Shown piece after piece: positions 60,421-64,000 of a stretch of 64,000 bases of DNA (positions are counted from its first letter, which is position 1; each line of letters begins with the position of its first letter). The position numbers were made by a program, and so were the translations under genes. The notes below the pieces were generated by a model. That model had not been told where the DNA came from, made no database searches, and was given only the letters and a program-made list of their open reading frames with translations. Source of the DNA: an uncultured archaeon (GTDB lineage: Archaea > Altiarchaeota > Altiarchaeia > JAFGQM01); assembly GCA_964619365.1 (NCBI GenBank), contig CAZUDQ010000002.1, positions 5,537-69,536 of the forward strand, read 5' to 3'.

Positions 60421-62004
60421 TTATTCTTTCTTAGAATTCCACGCCCCGATAATATCAATATCATCCCCACCTGGTTTGGTGTCGCGCGCTTTTATCTTGA
60501 CTTTCATGGGGAAACGTATCGCAGCACCGGTGATTATTGCCTCACCGCGCCCAAGGGCTGGTAAATCCCGTATTATGTCTTCAGTAACAGATTCGGCGCT
60601 CTTTCTTATGAAGTCTTGATCAAGCGGGTTTACAATGCGCATTATAATCTGGGTTCCTGCCTGAGAAAGGACGTCCTGGTCAAGGCGTGAGGGCCGCTGG
60701 GATATCATACAAAGGCCTATCCCGAACTTTCGCCCTTCCCTTGCTATCCGCCTTAGGATATTTCGTGAGACGACCTCACGATCAAAGTCTCGTGGAATAA
60801 AATTATGGGCCTCTTCAATTACAAATAGACAGGGCACGTCAAGAGATTCTCCCGAGTAGCCGTTTAGGTGGTTCATGCGGGAGTAAAAGAGTTTTCGCCC
60901 AATTGCCGATGCGACAATCTCCTTAATTGAATCTGGCACCCCCGAAAGGTCAATAACTGTTGCCTGGTTTGTGCGCACAAGTTCTGTTATTGGAGTTTCC
61001 TTATCAGAGACAAGACCTGAGCGGCTTAAGGAGTCAAGCCTTCTGATAAGAGCGTTTATTGTTGATACATGAGCCTTTTTTGCAAGGCGCTCAAGGCTTG
61101 CGCTAAGGTCTGAAGCCATAAGGTCTTCTCCCTCAGTCTCTTTTTGGACTCCTTTCTTTTCAAGGGTCATTGAAAGGACCTCAATCATGTCCTTAAGAGT
61201 ATAATCGCGTTTTTTCTTGCGGCACACCTCAATTATGGCGTAAAGCAAGTCTCTTTGAGAATCAGTTGTCCCCGCACTCATTGCAGAGATGTCTTCAGCA
61301 CTCAATGCGTTTGCCTTGATTTTCAGGCGCACTTTTGCGATTTTTCCGACACCAAAGACCTTTACCTTATCATGGATGTCTGACTTGCTGCCATCGCTTT
61401 TAAAGCCAAGGTACTTGTATTCTCCGTGTGGGTCAAGGATTAGTATTGCTCCACCTTTCTTTAAGAGTTCTTCGATTATGACACCACCAGTGTATGATTT
61501 GCCAGCCCCAGTCATAGCAAGTATTGCAGAGTGCGTCGAGACAAGCTTATTGGCGTCAAGCGGGACGCTGACATCAGGACGTGCATCAACGCTTCCTACA
61601 GGGATTGCAACGCGCGAATCGATTTTAAGCAGGGACTCTATTGTTTCGTTTTTGGCCAGGTAAACTGGCGCTCCAGGCCTTAACCCCGACTTTAAGATGC
61701 TTAAGGAGTCCCCGCCGTTAAGATGACCCAGTATATCGACTATTCCCACAAGGTATTCTCCGTCTTCGATTCCATAGGAACTGACAAATTCACCCATGGC
61801 GCTCTCGCGGGCAAACTCGTCTGGAAGAAGCTGGTTTGAGGCGGTAAGCTCTTTTACAATACCGATTACCTCTTTTCCGGAAACAGGTTCTATTGCAGAG
61901 ATGAACTCATCCTTTTTTACATTCTCCTCACCATTTTCCGACACTGCAAACATGAAGCGCTTAAGCGTCGTTGTCCCGATTATTCTTCCTATCTCTTTTT
62001 CCAT
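60421..62004 (-). CDS. herA: HerA-type hexameric ATPase/helicase (DUF87)
   Basis: It aligns closely to Sulfolobus HerA. Walker A is AILAMTGAGKSYTGGVI and Walker B is FVIEEAH. The C-terminal AREGRKFGIGLCMISQRPSRLDQDVLSQ...GEAIITG is near-identical to the HerA consensus. No nurA, mre11 or rad50 is adjacent. Confidence 0.8.
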   Translation of the reverse strand: MEKEIGRIIGTTTLKRFMFAVSENGEENVKKDEFISAIEPVSGKEVIGIVKELTASNQLLPDEFARESAMGEFVSSYGIEDGEYLVGIVDILGHLNGGDSLSILKSGLRPGAPVYLAKNETIESLLKIDSRVAIPVGSVDARPDVSVPLDANKLVSTHSAILAMTGAGKSYTGGVIIEELLKKGGAILILDPHGEYKYLGFKSDGSKSDIHDKVKVFGVGKIAKVRLKIKANALSAEDISAMSAGTTDSQRDLLYAIIEVCRKKKRDYTLKDMIEVLSMTLEKKGVQKETEGEDLMASDLSASLERLAKKAHVSTINALIRRLDSLSRSGLVSDKETPITELVRTNQATVIDLSGVPDSIKEIVASAIGRKLFYSRMNHLNGYSGESLDVPCLFVIEEAHNFIPRDFDREVVSRNILRRIAREGRKFGIGLCMISQRPSRLDQDVLSQAGTQIIMRIVNPLDQDFIRKSAESVTEDIIRDLPALGRGEAIITGAAIRFPMKVKIKARDTKPGGDDIDIIGAWNSKKE

Positions 62005-62098
62005 CCCGTAAAAACTTTAGAAAAGGGAACTTAAGAGCGGTCTGGGCCTGCTCCCTAATTCATCTGGTATTTTATGCTCGCGCGTCTAAAAAACGCAA

Positions 62099-62806
62099 AT
62101 GGAAATCCTCACAGAAAATACTAAAGTTATGGCCAAAGTTATGACCAAAGTTAAGATTTGCGGCCTGACTTCTCCCGAAGATGCTCTTGCGGCTCAGGAG
62201 GCGGGTGCAGACTTCCTGGGTTTTGTCAATGCGGAAAACTCAAAACGCTTCTTAACAGAAGACGAGATATCAATGATAATAGCTGAGATAACACCAAAAG
62301 TGCCAAGCGTCCTTGTCTGCCATTCACTGGATACTTCAGACATATTAAACAGGTTTTTTGCGTCATCCTGTGACATACTCCAACAGCATGCTCCGCTTCA
62401 CCCTTTTGAATACGAGGAGCTAAAAAATCAGGTTCCGACACTGATTTCAAATGTTTCTATCCCATCTGAGCTTCATGGCGATATTCCAGATTACCTTATT
62501 GAGCGTGTCTCTTTATTGTCGCAGTACTCTGATTACATTCTTTTTGATACCAAAGTCCAAACACAAAACAGTACTGAAATAGGGGGTACTGGAAAGACAT
62601 ATGACTGGGATATCGCAGTAGAGCTTGCTGAGTACGCCGAAGTGCCTGTAATGATTGCAGGAGGACTTAACCCTCTAAATGTTTCAGATGCAATATCCAA
62701 GATTAAGCCCTTTGGGGTGGATGTGGCTTCAGGAGTTGAATCGGCACCGGGAGTGAAGGATTACAGTCTAATCAAAGAATTCGTCCGAGCCGCAAAATCA
62801 GCTTAA
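62099..62806 (+). CDS. trpF: Phosphoribosylanthranilate isomerase
   Basis: VKICGLTSPEDALAAQEAGADFLGFV and the C-terminal AGGLNPLNV / GVDVASGVE motifs are typical of TrpF. The true start may be MAKVMTKVKICG. Confidence 0.8.
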   Translation: MEILTENTKVMAKVMTKVKICGLTSPEDALAAQEAGADFLGFVNAENSKRFLTEDEISMIIAEITPKVPSVLVCHSLDTSDILNRFFASSCDILQQHAPLHPFEYEELKNQVPTLISNVSIPSELHGDIPDYLIERVSLLSQYSDYILFDTKVQTQNSTEIGGTGKTYDWDIAVELAEYAEVPVMIAGGLNPLNVSDAISKIKPFGVDVASGVESAPGVKDYSLIKEFVRAAKSA

Positions 62807-63240
62807 ATCTCTTTTAGGAGGAACCACTTATCGCACTTTGCGCCGGCTGAAAGCATCTTTTCCTTGACTTCTTCATCAACGACATAACATGTCCTTATCT
62901 CGTTTCCAGCAGGGCTGGAGTTGACGTTTCCTATAGTGCTCCAGTTCGTGGGAAGCGTGCTTAGCGTTTTTGGAGCGGGCCAAAGAAGTACAAGACCCGA
63001 GACGATTATGATAAGCCCGATTATTACCACAGCCGAAGCAATCATCGACCAATTGCGCGCAGGTTTTCTCTGAGTCCTTCTAACAGTCCTTTTGCGGTCT
63101 ACCTGCGCTATGATGTTATGGATGTCCTCATCATTGTAACCAGACTCAACCATCGCCATGCGAAGAGATTCAAGACTGCGTCCGTCACTCATGCCTTCTT
63201 CGACAGTTTCTGCAAGACGTAAGGTCTCTTTTTCATCCAT
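62803..63240 (-). CDS. Single-pass membrane protein, hypothetical
   Basis: 145 aa with a central hydrophobic helix (MIASAVVIIGLIIIVSGLVLLW). It overlaps trpF by 4 bp in convergent orientation. Confidence 0.4.
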   Translation of the reverse strand: MDEKETLRLAETVEEGMSDGRSLESLRMAMVESGYNDEDIHNIIAQVDRKRTVRRTQRKPARNWSMIASAVVIIGLIIIVSGLVLLWPAPKTLSTLPTNWSTIGNVNSSPAGNEIRTCYVVDEEVKEKMLSAGAKCDKWFLLKEI

Positions 63241-63291
63241 AGTATTCTAATTGATGAGCGTTTTTTTATTTTTAGACTAATACCTGTATTT

Positions 63292-64000
63292 CTAAGTACT
63301 AAGAAGAAATTCTTCGACCCCCGAACAGTCTATTGTCCAGTTGCCGACATCTTCAGGCCAGGGCTTGGTGCAATCAGAGCATGTGGCTTCAAAGATATAC
63401 CAGCCGTCCCCTGCGTCAAGTCCAACAGTCATATGGTCATAAGCGTCATCATAGGGCTCGCTTGCGTCTGCTATGCAAAGTTCTGCGTTACTGACTCCTG
63501 CGCGGTTCATCATTGAAATCATGAGTATTGACATATCATCACAATCGCCTTTCCCTGAGAGTAGCGTGTATGCGGGAGGCATTGGCCAGTCGTTATACCA
63601 GCTGGGGTCAAAATTGTATTTGACATTTTTCCTTACAAATTCCAGAATTGCAAATGCGCGCTCTTCTTCAGTCATGAGGTCACTTACTAAGGAATCTGTA
63701 ACATAGACTACAGTCTCGTCAAGCGGGTCAACATTGTAAAAATAAGTGTAATAGCCACTCTCACTAAGCTCTGATGCAAAATCGTTTCTTAGCTGATATA
63801 ACTCAGAAAGGCCTAGGAGAAAATTGGCTTCGGACTCCCCGGAGCCTATCGTCTTTTCATAATAAAAGTCTGGATATTCAGTCTTTGTCCTATAAACATA
63901 GTAGAATGCCGTGTTAAGTTCATTTACGAAATTTTCAAATTCAGTTTTTATGCCGGTTACGTCTCCCGCGTCAAGACCTTTTCCAAGGTGGTAGAAAGCA
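63292..64000 (-). CDS. Transglutaminase-like/cysteine-protease-like protein, 5'-partial (the reading frame stays open to the window end)
   Basis: The C-terminal 127 aa contain GKGDCDDMSILMISMMNRAGV (transglutaminase-like Cys core) and a downstream His/Asp. Manual reverse translation of 63676..64000 shows no stop codon, so the gene extends beyond the window. The ORF track reports only the Met-initiated tail. Confidence 0.55.
   Translation of the reverse strand, partial: AFYHLGKGLDAGDVTGIKTEFENFVNELNTAFYYVYRTKTEYPDFYYEKTIGSGESEANFLLGLSELYQLRNDFASELSESGYYTYFYNVDPLDETVVYVTDSLVSDLMTEEERAFAILEFVRKNVKYNFDPSWYNDWPMPPAYTLLSGKGDCDDMSILMISMMNRAGVSNAELCIADASEPYDDAYDHMTVGLDAGDGWYIFEATCSDCTKPWPEDVGNWTIDCSGVEEFLLST

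Noticed and set aside
530-64000. tRNA genes in intergenic spacers
   Set aside because: None of the spacers inspected by eye (530-756, 11328-11425, 57885-58030, 59459-59568, 60262-60420) contains a GTTCRANYC T-loop box with flanking GC-rich acceptor-stem complementarity. Unlisted spacers such as 5811..5763, 29060..29226, 31373..31484 and 62005..62098 were not scanned, so absence of tRNA genes there is not established.

Overview
This 64 kb window is an archaeal chromosomal segment. The archaeal assignment rests on PCNA, the PriS/PriL primase, Hel308, Pelota, RpoL, Csl4, ribosomal protein L15e, PurP, GGGPS, archaeal-type TIM and a UPF0210/ACT pair. Base composition is about 45-50% GC and the coding density is compact, with many overlapping or abutting genes. 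About 47 protein genes are supported. I recognised no rRNA, tRNA or CRISPR array and no classical transposase or integrase. Two giant genes dominate the window: 8.9 kb encoding 2979 aa and 12.8 kb encoding 4275 aa, together about 34% of the sequence. Both encode a signal peptide, many N-x-S/T sequons and a C-terminal transmembrane anchor. Both are built from LamG/ConA-like lectin modules, with added parallel beta-helix, FG-GAP-like, DUF285 and GLUG blocks. They share a roughly 330 aa cysteine-rich C-terminal anchor module encoded by partly identical DNA. The larger gene has a low-GC (about 35%) mosaic centre. Both contain large, near-identical in-frame direct repeats. A 26-nt hairpin-forming segment of the shared module occurs a third time in an intergenic region. 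Other accessory-looking elements are a 903 aa protein with tandem cysteine repeats, two tandem small secreted proteins built on a four-cysteine DEHGC motif, an orphan HerA ATPase, an atypical kinase-like protein and a possibly frameshifted TadC/FlaJ-like gene. Housekeeping content includes partial pgk, tpiA, rpiA, trpF, two purP paralogs, an aspartate aminotransferase, an aspartate racemase, nth, a PCNA-priL-priS operon and a csl4-rpoL pair.
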